A stretch of DNA of 64,000 nucleotides from an uncultured Candidatus Peribacteria bacterium (lineage in GTDB: Bacteria > Patescibacteriota > Gracilibacteria > JAHISY01), in assembly GCA_964452725.1 (NCBI GenBank), contig CAYVMX010000003.1, positions 6,670-70,669 on the forward strand. The letters are read 5' to 3'. Position 1 is the stretch's first letter. Every line of letters begins with the position of its first letter. Positions 43,969 through 53,276 of this stretch are shown here, one piece after another. A model generated the notes under the pieces. The model searched no databases, was not told the origin of the DNA, and was given only the letters and a program-made list of their open reading frames with translations. A program made the translations under genes and the position numbers.

Positions 43969-46900
43969 ATGCATAACTCTATTCGCAAGGCTACGGCTTC
44001 TGTGGCTACTGTCGCTCTGTTGGTGACTTCATTGTTTACCTTCGGTGTGACTAGCGTCACAGCTCAAGTAGACTTAGGCTTCAACGATGTCAACGACATC
44101 TCACCATGGGCGTCCGACTCAATCGGTGCTCTCGTAGATGACGGTATCCTCGCTGGTCGTCCAGACGGATCTTTCGATCCACTCGGCACTCTCAACCGTG
44201 CTGAAATCGCAAAAGTAGCCCAGCTCGGTGCTGGCTTCGCAACCGACACAACAGGCGGACCACACTTCAACGATGTCAATTCTAGTGATTGGTACTACTC
44301 ATTTGTAGAGACTCTCTACAACCGTGGTGTAGTCGGTGGTATCAACAACGGCGCTCTCGATGCCAACGGTCTCGCTACATACAACCCAGGTGGTGCGGTC
44401 AATCGTGCTGAAGGTTCCAAGATCCTCGTCGATGCCTTCGGTCTTGAGACTTCCTACGCTGGTACTCCACCAAACTTTAGCGATGTACCAACATCTGCTT
44501 GGTACTACGATTCAGTCGAGACTGCTTATGCTCATGGTATCCTCGGTGGTTACGATGACGGCAGCTTCGGTCCTGGTGATCCATTCCAACGTCAGCAGCT
44601 CGCGGTCGTCGCTGACAACTCTCGTACTGCTAGCGCAGACGGTAGTCTCCGACGTGGTACTTACACAGCAGGTGCTGCTAGTACTTACGAGCCAACTACT
44701 ACTCCTACAGATCCAGTGATCCCAGCTAGTGACGGTACGCTCAACGTAGCAGTATCATCTACTACTCACAACGATCAAATCGTTCCACAGCTCGCTAGTA
44801 GCGTGTCTGTCGGAGTCTTCGACTTCACAGCTAGCTCTAGTGGTGACGTCACTATCACAGGTGTGACTGTCAAACGTGATGGTCTCGGTCACCGTGATGA
44901 CTTCACAGATGTCTTCGCTCTAAACGGCGACACGAAGCTCTCAAGTGGTCGTAGCTTCAACTCTGACAACATCATCAGCTTCAACTTCAACCCAGACCTC
45001 GTGGTCAAAGCTGGTACTACAGAGCGTGTCAACTTCGCTGCTGATATCGCATCAGCTTCTGGCGCCAATGTTACAGCTGGTGATACCAACAACTTCACTC
45101 TTACAGGTGTCGATGCTGTTACTTCCAACGCAAAGACTGTTACTGGCAACTTCCCACTCACGAGCAACAAAGTCGAGCTCGGTAGTGTCTCAGTCGGTAA
45201 TGTCGCAGTCATCAATCAGACTGTCTCAGACACTACTGTCCGTGTCGGTGAGACCAATCAACAAGTCGGTAAATTCAAATTCACTCTCAGTAATACTGAA
45301 GACGGTACACTCGATACTATTCGCTTCAAGCAAAACGGTAGCGCAGATCCAGGGGATCTATCCAACTTCCGTCTCGTCATCGGTAGCACGGAGGTAGCTA
45401 CTACTCCAGAGCAGCAGGGTGATTACATCGTCTTCTCAAACATCGGTAAGGCACTCACAAAAGGTGACTCTTTCACTGTCTATGTCTACGCCGACGTACT
45501 CGCAGGTGCTGCTAGCAACATCGTAGTAGCAGTCGACGAGAGTGAGGATGTAGTTATCCTTGGAAAGACCTACGGTTACGGTCTCGATATCAACAACGGT
45601 ACACCAGGTGTCTTTGCTACTCAGAGCAGCACTACCGTCGCTATCGACGCTGGTAAGCTCACAGTTTCCTTCGACACTAATCCTGCCAAAGATATCTCCA
45701 ACGACTCCGACAAGTTCGTCATCGGTAAGCTTCGCTTGGTATCTGGTAGCGAGGGTCCAGTCAATATCAAGAAGCTCTACGGTGAAATCCGTGTAGTAGA
45801 CGCTTCGAGTACTACTGATGCTGCTACTGGTCCAGAAAACGGTCTCGAAAATATCAAGCTCCGACGTACAGACGGTAGCGCCGTCGAGCTCATCGATGCT
45901 TCGAGTGTCACAATCACAGCTGATACAAATACCACTACTCATACTGGTACCAATGCTGCTGCTGGTTTCATCGCTTTCTACTTCAAGGATGTTGAGGTCA
46001 ACGGTACAGCAACCTTCGATGTCATCGCCGACACCATCAAGGCCAACGTCGCCAACGGTGATAAATTCGACTTCTTCGTCTACGCTGCCAAAGATCAGAC
46101 CGTACCTACCACAGCCGATGGTGCTGTTGGTACTACAGTCGGTCTCGAAGCAGAAAACGAGCAAGGTAAAGTGATCGACACAGACATCAACCCAGGTAGT
46201 CGTATCTCTACTACACTCACAACTGTCGCTACTCCTACACTCACACTGACACAGGTCACTCTCCAAAACAGCAACGTCGTAAAGAAGACCAAAGATGTGC
46301 CAGTACTCAAGCTGCAAGTTGCAGCCAACGATGTTGAGGATCTCAAAATTACTCAGCTCGCGGTCAATATTGAGTCTGCTCTCACAGCTACTCAAAATAA
46401 GAACAACATGCAGAACTTCCGTCTGCAGCTCGACGACGGTACTATCATCACCGATGGTACTACTCCGGCTACAGCGACTACCGGTACTACTCTTGCTCAG
46501 GGGTCCAAGGTCGACTTCACTAGTATCAACAACGGTGCTGGTCTCGTAGTGCCAAAGGGTGGCAATATCACCATCACAGTTATCGCTGATGCAGCTGATT
46601 CAGTTACCGCTGGTAACATGCAAGGTAGTTACGATACCAACAATCTCACGGCAGAACGTGCCGATGGTACTGAGCTGACCAACACTTCTGGTAACCCAAG
46701 TAGTGATGAGATTCAAGATGCTAATATTCTGACAACTGCTACACGTGTCATGGCTGTAGTCTCCAATGGTAGCCTCATGGTTACTATCGACAGCGACACA
46801 CCTAGCGCTGCTCTCGTACAGGCTGGTACTACTGGCAACAGCATGTTCCGCCTCAAGCTTGACGCTACAGACGAAAAAGTTATCGTCAAAAAGGCAGTCA

Positions 46901-48123
46901 TTCACAATGTCATCGCAAGTGGTGATGACTCTATCAGCAAAGCTACGCTCTTTGCAGCTCCAGAAGGTAGCACCAACCTCGTCGAGATCGACAGTCAGTC
47001 AACAGTTGATGGTACTAGTGATATTACTTTCAATAACCTTGACACAAAGACCAACCCAATCATCGTCGATCCAGACACAAACACCATTCTCTATGTCAAA
47101 ATTGACACTCGTGAGTCTGGTACAGGTGCTAGTCAGACAGCCGACAGTGGCGATGTTGTTCAGCTACAGCTGATGAACGCTACGGCTGACTTTGAGTCTC
47201 GTGGTTACGAGTCTGGTGACGACTTCACACGAAACACTAGTGGTGCACCAAGCGCTGGTCAGTGGGGAGTTGGTACTCTCACTACTCCAGGTAACGTAAC
47301 TGGAAACACTCAACAGGTACGTACAGCTCTCGTTACTACTATCGCTCCTACTAGCAGTCAACCAAGCACCGGTACGCTTAGTAACGGTGAAAAGGAACTG
47401 CTCAAGTTCACAGTCACAGTCGGTAACAACTCAAACACCGATGCTGATGCTGTCCTCAAACGTCTGAAGGTAACAATCGCTGGTGGTGATCCCGATGGTA
47501 CTACCACTTCATCACTCAACATCTTCAGTTCGATCGTGCTCTACCGTACAGACGACTCTAGTAACCAGATCACTGGTAACTTCACCTCGTTTGGTTCTGG
47601 TACGGTCAGTGGTAATGCTCTTACCATTGACAATACAGCCGTCTACTTCACAACGACAGCACTCAAGAAGCTAAACAAAGGTCAGACTTACACCTTCATC
47701 GTTAAGGGTACGCTGGCTAGTACAGCTACCAACAGTTCGATCCAAGCTAGTATTACCAATCTTGGTAGTGCAGCCAATGGTCTGACAGCCCTCATCACAT
47801 TCCCTACTACTGGTATCTATACAGTTGGTGAGACTGTGACAGGTGGTACATCTGGTGCTACTGGTATCGTTACAGCATCCGTTGCCAATACTTCTGTAAC
47901 TGTTAACAAGATCTCTGGTACGTTTGCAAGCGGTGAGACAATCACTGGAGCAACATCTGCATTCGCTGGTGTAGCTTCCGCTGCTCCTGTCTACTCCTTC
48001 GGTGGTGACTTCATCTACACAGATGACGCTACAGATACCACAGCAGACACAGCTACTAGTCGTTGGACTTCATGGATCGACACCAGTGCTACATCTGTAG
48101 CTGGTACATCCTTCACCAACTAA
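43969..48123 (+). CDS. S-layer protein with N-terminal SLH repeats
   Basis: Signal peptide MHNSIRKATASVATVALLVTSLFTFGVTSVTAQ (the ORF is open from the GTG at 43942). Three SLH repeats (FNDVNDISPWASDSIGALVDDGILAGRPDGSFDP..., and so on). The following ~1150 aa are Thr/Ser/Val/Gly/Asn/Asp-rich and Cys-free. The gene is followed by three hairpin terminators. Confidence 0.88.
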   Translation: MHNSIRKATASVATVALLVTSLFTFGVTSVTAQVDLGFNDVNDISPWASDSIGALVDDGILAGRPDGSFDPLGTLNRAEIAKVAQLGAGFATDTTGGPHFNDVNSSDWYYSFVETLYNRGVVGGINNGALDANGLATYNPGGAVNRAEGSKILVDAFGLETSYAGTPPNFSDVPTSAWYYDSVETAYAHGILGGYDDGSFGPGDPFQRQQLAVVADNSRTASADGSLRRGTYTAGAASTYEPTTTPTDPVIPASDGTLNVAVSSTTHNDQIVPQLASSVSVGVFDFTASSSGDVTITGVTVKRDGLGHRDDFTDVFALNGDTKLSSGRSFNSDNIISFNFNPDLVVKAGTTERVNFAADIASASGANVTAGDTNNFTLTGVDAVTSNAKTVTGNFPLTSNKVELGSVSVGNVAVINQTVSDTTVRVGETNQQVGKFKFTLSNTEDGTLDTIRFKQNGSADPGDLSNFRLVIGSTEVATTPEQQGDYIVFSNIGKALTKGDSFTVYVYADVLAGAASNIVVAVDESEDVVILGKTYGYGLDINNGTPGVFATQSSTTVAIDAGKLTVSFDTNPAKDISNDSDKFVIGKLRLVSGSEGPVNIKKLYGEIRVVDASSTTDAATGPENGLENIKLRRTDGSAVELIDASSVTITADTNTTTHTGTNAAAGFIAFYFKDVEVNGTATFDVIADTIKANVANGDKFDFFVYAAKDQTVPTTADGAVGTTVGLEAENEQGKVIDTDINPGSRISTTLTTVATPTLTLTQVTLQNSNVVKKTKDVPVLKLQVAANDVEDLKITQLAVNIESALTATQNKNNMQNFRLQLDDGTIITDGTTPATATTGTTLAQGSKVDFTSINNGAGLVVPKGGNITITVIADAADSVTAGNMQGSYDTNNLTAERADGTELTNTSGNPSSDEIQDANILTTATRVMAVVSNGSLMVTIDSDTPSAALVQAGTTGNSMFRLKLDATDEKVIVKKAVIHNVIASGDDSISKATLFAAPEGSTNLVEIDSQSTVDGTSDITFNNLDTKTNPIIVDPDTNTILYVKIDTRESGTGASQTADSGDVVQLQLMNATADFESRGYESGDDFTRNTSGAPSAGQWGVGTLTTPGNVTGNTQQVRTALVTTIAPTSSQPSTGTLSNGEKELLKFTVTVGNNSNTDADAVLKRLKVTIAGGDPDGTTTSSLNIFSSIVLYRTDDSSNQITGNFTSFGSGTVSGNALTIDNTAVYFTTTALKKLNKGQTYTFIVKGTLASTATNSSIQASITNLGSAANGLTALITFPTTGIYTVGETVTGGTSGATGIVTASVANTSVTVNKISGTFASGETITGATSAFAGVASAAPVYSFGGDFIYTDDATDTTADTATSRWTSWIDTSATSVAGTSFTN

Positions 48124-48135
48124 TAAAAACGTTGT

Positions 48136-48168
48136 AACCTTGGAGGTCCTCGGGACCTCTAAGGTTTT
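48136..48168 (+). terminator. Strong hairpin immediately after the S-layer gene
   Basis: AACCTTGGAGGTCC-tcg-GGACCTCTAAGGTT is a 14-bp stem followed by TT. Its 3' arm can alternatively pair with GTAAAACC downstream. Confidence 0.6.
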
Positions 48169-48217
48169 ACGCGTTGGTGTAAAACCTTAAAACCTCTCAA
48201 AATAAGTACTTTTCTAG

Positions 48218-48252
48218 ACGGGCGGCTTCGCATCTTGCGGACCGCCCGTTTG
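48218..48252 (+). terminator. Second hairpin downstream of the S-layer gene
   Basis: ACGGGCGG...CCGCCCGT stem followed by TTTGGTGTTT. Confidence 0.5.
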
Positions 48253-48315
48253 GTGTTTCCATGAAAGTGGCGCGCCAAAGCTCTGCATCTGCTCAGTTTA
48301 GTCCGATATATTTAG

Positions 48316-48339
48316 AGTCCCCGCGAGGGGGCTTTTTTA
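48316..48339 (+). terminator. Rho-independent terminator
   Basis: AGTCCCC-gcga-GGGGGCT followed by TTTTTT (GNRA loop). Confidence 0.75.
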
Positions 48340-48405
48340 TTTGGGTGAGTTTTTTGGCTGAGTGCGCGGGAGAGCGTAGAATAAAACCACTTTAATTTTT
48401 GTCTT

Positions 48406-49950
48406 ATGCGCCGCCTACTACTTACTCTGCTGTTTACACTACTGATCGCGCCAGCTGCGTTGGCTGCGCCGACTTTTTCCTCGGCGGCTGATCAGACTTT
48501 TCGTCAGTACAGCGTACCGACTCAAGTCCTCGAATTCACCGCTACTGCCGATGCAATAGCACCGGAGCTAACCGCAGCAGGGGATTTACGGATCACTATT
48601 CCAGAGAGTTTCCCCGCGATCTGGGACGCGAGTATCACGACTGCCTCTGTGAGTGGTACAGCCGTCGACGCTGGACGTTTCGCTAGTGCTACTCTGCCTG
48701 TCAGCTATACCGACCGTGACAAGACCGTGGTGCTAGATATCACCACCGACTTCGCCGCAGGGGAGAGTGTGAGTATCGCCGGACTCTATCTCAAAGGGTT
48801 CTACAGTGTTTACAGTTCCACCCACTTCACGCTGGACTACGGTGCTACAGCGACTGCTACCGACGCGCGTTTCTTTGCCATCACCCGCGCCAAAGACAAT
48901 GACAAAGACGACACACCACCCAGCGCACCGACCGGACTGACTGCGATCCAGACCAGTGCTGGAGTTCAGCTGCGCTGGACCGATCCGACCGACCGCGATC
49001 TCACCCTCATCGAAATCCTCCGAGGTGTGAGTCCAGCACCCGTCAGTGGTAGTGCTTACGATGCTGTCCAACCGCAGACCGAGACTTATACCGATACCTC
49101 TGTCCAGCTCGGCGAGACAGCGACCTATACATTGCGTGCGCTCGACGGACGCAATACTAGCGTGCTCACGCCAGAAGTGTCGCTCACACTCGTCGAGCAG
49201 CCGATCGCCGTCTGTACTGCCGAGTACGCGCCTGTCTGCGGTGCTGATGGTACGACCTACTCCAACGCTTGTAATGCTGGGCTCGCCGGTATCACCGACT
49301 ATACGAGTGGGGAGTGCGCTACGAGCGATCCTAAAGCCCTAGAAGCCACACCAGCCACAGATTTGGACCAGCTAGCGACCGAGGCGGGTATCACCACTAC
49401 GGAGCTTACAAGCGCCTCAGACGGCTATTCAGATCTGGACACTACCCACTGGTCAGTCGGCTTCCTCGCACGACTCACGCGCGATGGTATATTGAGCGGC
49501 TATCCCGACGGTACAGTCCAGCCCGACACTACGCTCAACCGTGCCGAGCTAGCGAAGATCACGACCAACGCTTTCAACCTCACAGTATTGCCACCGACTT
49601 TCGCCGATGTAGAGATGAATGCGTGGTACGGTCCTTTCATCGGAGCAGTGGAGGAGGCTGGGGCAGCGTGGACGACAGGTACGGATTATCTACCTGCTGC
49701 TGCTGTGAGTCGCGGTGAGGCGATCTGGACACTTTTGCAAGCTGCGGGTATCACGCTCACTGCCCCGACTGTCGCGCCTTTCCCCGATGTCAGCCGGAGC
49801 TATGTGTACGCCAGTGCGATCAGCTGGGCAGTTACAAATAATATTGTAAATGGGTATGTCGATGGTAATTTCGGACCCGCCGATACACTCACCCGTGCAC
49901 AAGTAGCGAAGATGGTCGTGCTCTTGAAAGAGTATCTCGCAACGAAGTAA
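48406..49950 (+). CDS. Secreted FN3 - Kazal-type inhibitor domain - SLH-anchored protein
   Basis: Signal peptide MRRLLLTLLFTLLIAPAALA. FN3-like module (PPSAPTGLTAIQTSAGVQLRWTDP). Kazal signature CTAEYAPVCGADGTTYSNACNAGLAGITDYTSGEC. Three C-terminal SLH repeats. Confidence 0.85.
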   Translation: MRRLLLTLLFTLLIAPAALAAPTFSSAADQTFRQYSVPTQVLEFTATADAIAPELTAAGDLRITIPESFPAIWDASITTASVSGTAVDAGRFASATLPVSYTDRDKTVVLDITTDFAAGESVSIAGLYLKGFYSVYSSTHFTLDYGATATATDARFFAITRAKDNDKDDTPPSAPTGLTAIQTSAGVQLRWTDPTDRDLTLIEILRGVSPAPVSGSAYDAVQPQTETYTDTSVQLGETATYTLRALDGRNTSVLTPEVSLTLVEQPIAVCTAEYAPVCGADGTTYSNACNAGLAGITDYTSGECATSDPKALEATPATDLDQLATEAGITTTELTSASDGYSDLDTTHWSVGFLARLTRDGILSGYPDGTVQPDTTLNRAELAKITTNAFNLTVLPPTFADVEMNAWYGPFIGAVEEAGAAWTTGTDYLPAAAVSRGEAIWTLLQAAGITLTAPTVAPFPDVSRSYVYASAISWAVTNNIVNGYVDGNFGPADTLTRAQVAKMVVLLKEYLATK

Positions 49951-49963
49951 GACAAACCAAAAG

Positions 49964-49997
49964 ACCCATTTGCCAGATTGGTAAGTGGGTTTTTTTG
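49964..49997 (+). terminator. Rho-independent terminator
   Basis: ACCCATTTGCCA-gat-TGGTAAGTGGGT followed by TTTTTT. Confidence 0.75.
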
Positions 49998-50001
49998 TGA
50001 C

Positions 50002-50178
50002 AGAACCTCCGTGGTGGATCGGGTGGGACTTGAAGCTAGCTGCGTGATTGTACTAATTCAAAGTCGGTACACGGTGCGCACCGATACGGCAGAGCTAATC
50101 CCAGCTTTGTGCGGACGTGAGTCCTCGTCCACCACAATCACCACGAAGAACCTTGACACTACGGGTCAAGAACCTCCG
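50002..50178 (-). repeat. tRNA-3'-linked element, copy D: 134-nt insert plus a 33-nt repeat of the tRNA-Lys 3' end and 10 nt of trailer
   Basis: 50002-50034 is identical to 50169-50201. In tRNA orientation: hairpin cttgac-ccgtagt-gtcaag, GGTTCTTCGTGG, GGATTAGCTCTGCCGTATCGG, the palindrome CGGTGCGCACCG (50072-50083), CCGTGTACCGACTT and the terminus GTACAATCACGCAGCTAGC. Confidence 0.85.
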
Positions 50179-50254
50179 TGGTGGATCGGGTGGGACTTGA
50201 ACCCACGACTATCGGCTTAAAAGGCCGCTACTCTACCAACTGAGTTACCGATCC
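50179..50254 (-). tRNA. tRNA-Lys (anticodon UUU), CCA encoded
   Basis: Reverse complement: ggatcggtaactcagttggtagagtagcggcctTTTaagccgatagtcgtgggttcaagtcccacccgatccacca. Confidence 0.95.
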
Positions 50255-50312
50255 AAAATTTAAATTTAGCCAAGGAATTTTAGCAGAAATTTAAGTACGG
50301 TAAAATAAACTC

Positions 50313-51158
50313 ATGCCCAAACTAATCGCAGGTGCGCACGCTAGTATCGCCAGAGGTTTCGTACGAGCTGCCGAGCAGACCGTCGAGCAAGTCGGCGGCA
50401 GCGCACTTCAGATCTTCCTAAAGTCTCCGCGGGGTGGCTCGCCGTGTAAGCTGACGGATACCGAAGCTGCCGAGTATAGAAAATATGCCAAACAGCACGG
50501 ACTTTTCACCGTGGCGCACTGTAGCTATCTGCTCAACTTCGCCAAAGATTTGGCGGACAAGCAGTGGACGCTCACGAATCTGATCGACGACCTCCATAAC
50601 ATCGAACGTTTAGACGGTGCGGGAGTCGTACTCCACATCGGTAAGGCTTTGGAATTGAATCGACAAGTAGCTCTGCGGTGGGTGATCGCCAATATTCGGA
50701 CTGTGCTAAACAAAACTAAAAAACTCAAAGCCAAGATAATCCTCGAAAATACAGCTGGACAGGGGACCGAGCTGGGCTACACCTTCGATGAGTTGGCGAC
50801 TATTCAAAAAGGTTTGCGAGGTAGTAAACGCGTGGTTTTTTGTCTCGATACTTGCCACGCTTTCGCCGCTGGCTATGATCTCCGCACGCCTACTGGCGTG
50901 AAGCAGACTCTCGCTGAGTTCGATCGGCAGCTGGGTATCAAAAATCTCGCCTGCATTCATTTCAACGACTCCAAGTCTAAGTATGAGAGTCGAGTAGATC
51001 GTCACGCAGATTTGGATCAGGGTGAGATTGGCTCGACTGGACTGACTGCTGTCGCCAAGTTTGCTCAGGCTAAAAAAATCCCCCTGATCTTCGAGACTCC
51101 TGCTATCACAGCGAGCTATGCCGAGCAGTTGAAAAAACTACAAGGCTGGTTAAAATAA
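50313..51158 (+). CDS. nfo: Endonuclease IV (deoxyribonuclease IV)
   Basis: GAHASIARG, LENTAGQG, CLDTCHAFAAGYD and HFNDSK motifs of AP endonuclease family 2. Confidence 0.92.
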   Translation: MPKLIAGAHASIARGFVRAAEQTVEQVGGSALQIFLKSPRGGSPCKLTDTEAAEYRKYAKQHGLFTVAHCSYLLNFAKDLADKQWTLTNLIDDLHNIERLDGAGVVLHIGKALELNRQVALRWVIANIRTVLNKTKKLKAKIILENTAGQGTELGYTFDELATIQKGLRGSKRVVFCLDTCHAFAAGYDLRTPTGVKQTLAEFDRQLGIKNLACIHFNDSKSKYESRVDRHADLDQGEIGSTGLTAVAKFAQAKKIPLIFETPAITASYAEQLKKLQGWLK

Positions 51159-51225
51159 AAATCCACTCATACTGTCAACACATTCAACAGCTTTAAATAT
51201 TTTTTTACTTCTAATCCTTATCCTC

Positions 51226-51528
51226 ATGAGCGATACCATCTATACACGCGAGCACCCTGGCGACTTCGCCGAAAAAGTCGAGAAACACATTCCAGTCATC
51301 GAGATTGAAAATAGTACAATCACTGTCAGAGTCGGCGCCGAGGTACACCCGATGGAGGAGGCGCACTATATCGAGTGGATCGCGCTCTACCGAGATGGTA
51401 CCGAGATTGCCCGCCAGACATTACAAGCGGGTGGTGTACCCGAGGCGAAGTTCACAGATATTGAAAATACAACAGGACTCAAAGCTCGCGCCAGCTGTAA
51501 TCTGCACGGAGTCTGGGAGAGTGAGTAG
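51226..51528 (+). CDS. Superoxide reductase (1Fe-SOR, neelaredoxin/desulfoferrodoxin domain II type)
   Basis: Iron ligands in the canonical order: EKHIPV, HPMEEAHYIEWI, CNLHGVW. Confidence 0.85.
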   Translation: MSDTIYTREHPGDFAEKVEKHIPVIEIENSTITVRVGAEVHPMEEAHYIEWIALYRDGTEIARQTLQAGGVPEAKFTDIENTTGLKARASCNLHGVWESE

Positions 51529-51559
51529 TGTCCGAAGTACTGTACAAATGTACACTTGA

Positions 51560-51590
51560 GCAGACTATCTAGTTTGGGTAGTCTGCTTTT
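51560..51590 (+). terminator. Candidate terminator after the SOR gene
   Basis: GCAGACTA-11 nt-TAGTCTGC followed by TTTT. Confidence 0.45.
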
Positions 51591-51593
51591 ACT

Positions 51594-52247
51594 TTGTCTC
51601 GCAAATATCTCAAAATACTCTTCGGTACGCTTTGGTTGGTGCTGCTCGCGGTAGCGGTTTATTTTTATGTTACTCAGCGTGAATCACTGACTATCACTAG
51701 TATCCGGACATGGGTAGCTACGTTGGGATATTGGGCGCCACCACTTTATATCCTTGCCTACACTATTCGTCCGTTGGTGTTTTTCCCTACCTCTATCATG
51801 ACGAGCGCGAGTGTTTTACTCTTTGGTCCGTTGCCGGCGTGGATCTTTGCCTATGTCGGTGAGAATCTCTCTGCCAATCTCGCTTTTTTTGTGGCGCGCT
51901 TCCTCGGGTCAGACTTCGTCCAGAGTCATGAAAACAAACTAATCCAAAAGTACGATCAAAAACTTGCTCATTGTGGTTTCATGACTATTCTCACGTTGCG
52001 CTTGATCCCGCTTTTCCCATTTGATTTCGTCAATTATTCAGCTGGACTCTCGCGAGTACGCCACTGGAACTATCTCTGGGGTACGCTGCTGGGTGTGATC
52101 CCTGGACTCTCGGCGTATATCCTCCTCGCGGCTGGCATCACTGATGATCTGCGTTATTTCTGGTGGTCGCTGGGACTCTTTGCCTTACTCATCGGTGGTG
52201 GGTGGCTCTACCGCCGCTACACTCACAAACAAAAACCCTGCCAGTAG
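51594..52247 (+). CDS. TVP38/TMEM64 (DedA-related) family membrane protein
   Basis: LRLIPLFPFDFVNYSAGLS signature. TTG start. Confidence 0.8.
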   Translation: MSRKYLKILFGTLWLVLLAVAVYFYVTQRESLTITSIRTWVATLGYWAPPLYILAYTIRPLVFFPTSIMTSASVLLFGPLPAWIFAYVGENLSANLAFFVARFLGSDFVQSHENKLIQKYDQKLAHCGFMTILTLRLIPLFPFDFVNYSAGLSRVRHWNYLWGTLLGVIPGLSAYILLAAGITDDLRYFWWSLGLFALLIGGGWLYRRYTHKQKPCQ

Positions 52248-52257
52248 CAGGGTTTTT
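52232..52257. terminator. Bidirectional terminator overlapping the stop codon
   Basis: aaAACCCTGC-cagta-GCAGGGTTttt between convergent genes. Confidence 0.7.
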
Positions 52258-52286
52258 GGAAGTGTTTAGTTTTATTTAGACGCGGA

Positions 52287-52991
52287 CTACTTGATATCTT
52301 TGCGGATTCTTTTGATCGTATCGGCTGCTGTGTCGCGACCACCGAGACCAAAAGCAATAGCAAAAGCTGCTGCGAGACCGAGACCGAGGTTGTCAAAGAA
52401 AGATTGTAAAAGGTCAGAACCAATGCCGAGCTGCTTGAGAGCGGCGAAGATCGTGAAGATTACAATAGCGTAACGCGTGACACTGGAAGCGATGCTAGGT
52501 GAGCCAGTCTTGGTTGCTCGAGCAGTACCGTGGGCTAGATCTGCGAGGAAGTTTGCTACGAGGACACCGACGATAGTGATGATAACCGCGATAATGATAT
52601 CTGGAATGTAATTCAAGACATCGTTTAAGAACTCATTGACCTGAGCTAGACCAAACTTGTCCATGGCCGACATGAAGAAAGCGATGAGGATAAACCACTT
52701 CACAATTTCTTCAAAAACTCGACTGATGTTTAGTCGGATACCCGCTTTTTGGAAAATCCCCAAAATACCAGTAGAACCAAGGAGATCGTCGAGGCGGATC
52801 ACTTCGGTGACCTTGGCGACGATTTTGGCGAGGATGACGGCGATGATCCAGCCAGCGAGTAGGATCACGATACCTTCGGCGATGTCTGGCAGGATACCTA
52901 GTACGCCGTCCCAGAGGTTACCAAGGGAGTTTTGGATACCATCGGTGAAACCCGCAAACGGGTTGGCGACAGCAGTAGTTGTTTCTTCCAT
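52287..52991 (-). CDS. Membrane protein with conserved TM-helix repeats (mechanosensitive-channel N-terminal-like)
   Basis: Four or five TM segments with a repeated GxxxxLxxIxxAIIILIxGWIIA-type pattern. The function is not supported beyond that. Confidence 0.55.
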   Translation of the reverse strand: MEETTTAVANPFAGFTDGIQNSLGNLWDGVLGILPDIAEGIVILLAGWIIAVILAKIVAKVTEVIRLDDLLGSTGILGIFQKAGIRLNISRVFEEIVKWFILIAFFMSAMDKFGLAQVNEFLNDVLNYIPDIIIAVIITIVGVLVANFLADLAHGTARATKTGSPSIASSVTRYAIVIFTIFAALKQLGIGSDLLQSFFDNLGLGLAAAFAIAFGLGGRDTAADTIKRIRKDIK

Positions 52992-53276
52992 GAGAAGAGG
53001 GAATTAAAGGGTGAAAAGGAATCCGCGGAACCGAGTGAGAGTTGAAGAAATATAAGAAGTAGTAGATGCTTAGGTATTGAACACAAAATTAGTTCAAGGT
53101 GTATTTAAAAGGAAATAATAGTCAGCGTCAACGAAGTACACAAAAATAGTACAACTATTTGGCTTGAATAAGCCAAAAACTCAGGTTGACGCACTGGGAT
53201 AAAAGATTGCCTAATCTACTAGATATTGTGTCCGAGAGTTCTCCTAGCTACACTCATTGAGTTTAACCAATTCCCT

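Noticed and set aside
44064-47674. Many 60-320-aa ORFs in other frames and on the opposite strand inside the S-layer gene (for example 45436..46395 minus, 44945..45397 plus)
   Set aside because: They lie wholly within a 1384-aa ORF with clear SLH repeats and a signal peptide. The biased Thr/Ser/Val/Gly codon usage keeps the other frames open, and their translations are low-complexity with no motifs.
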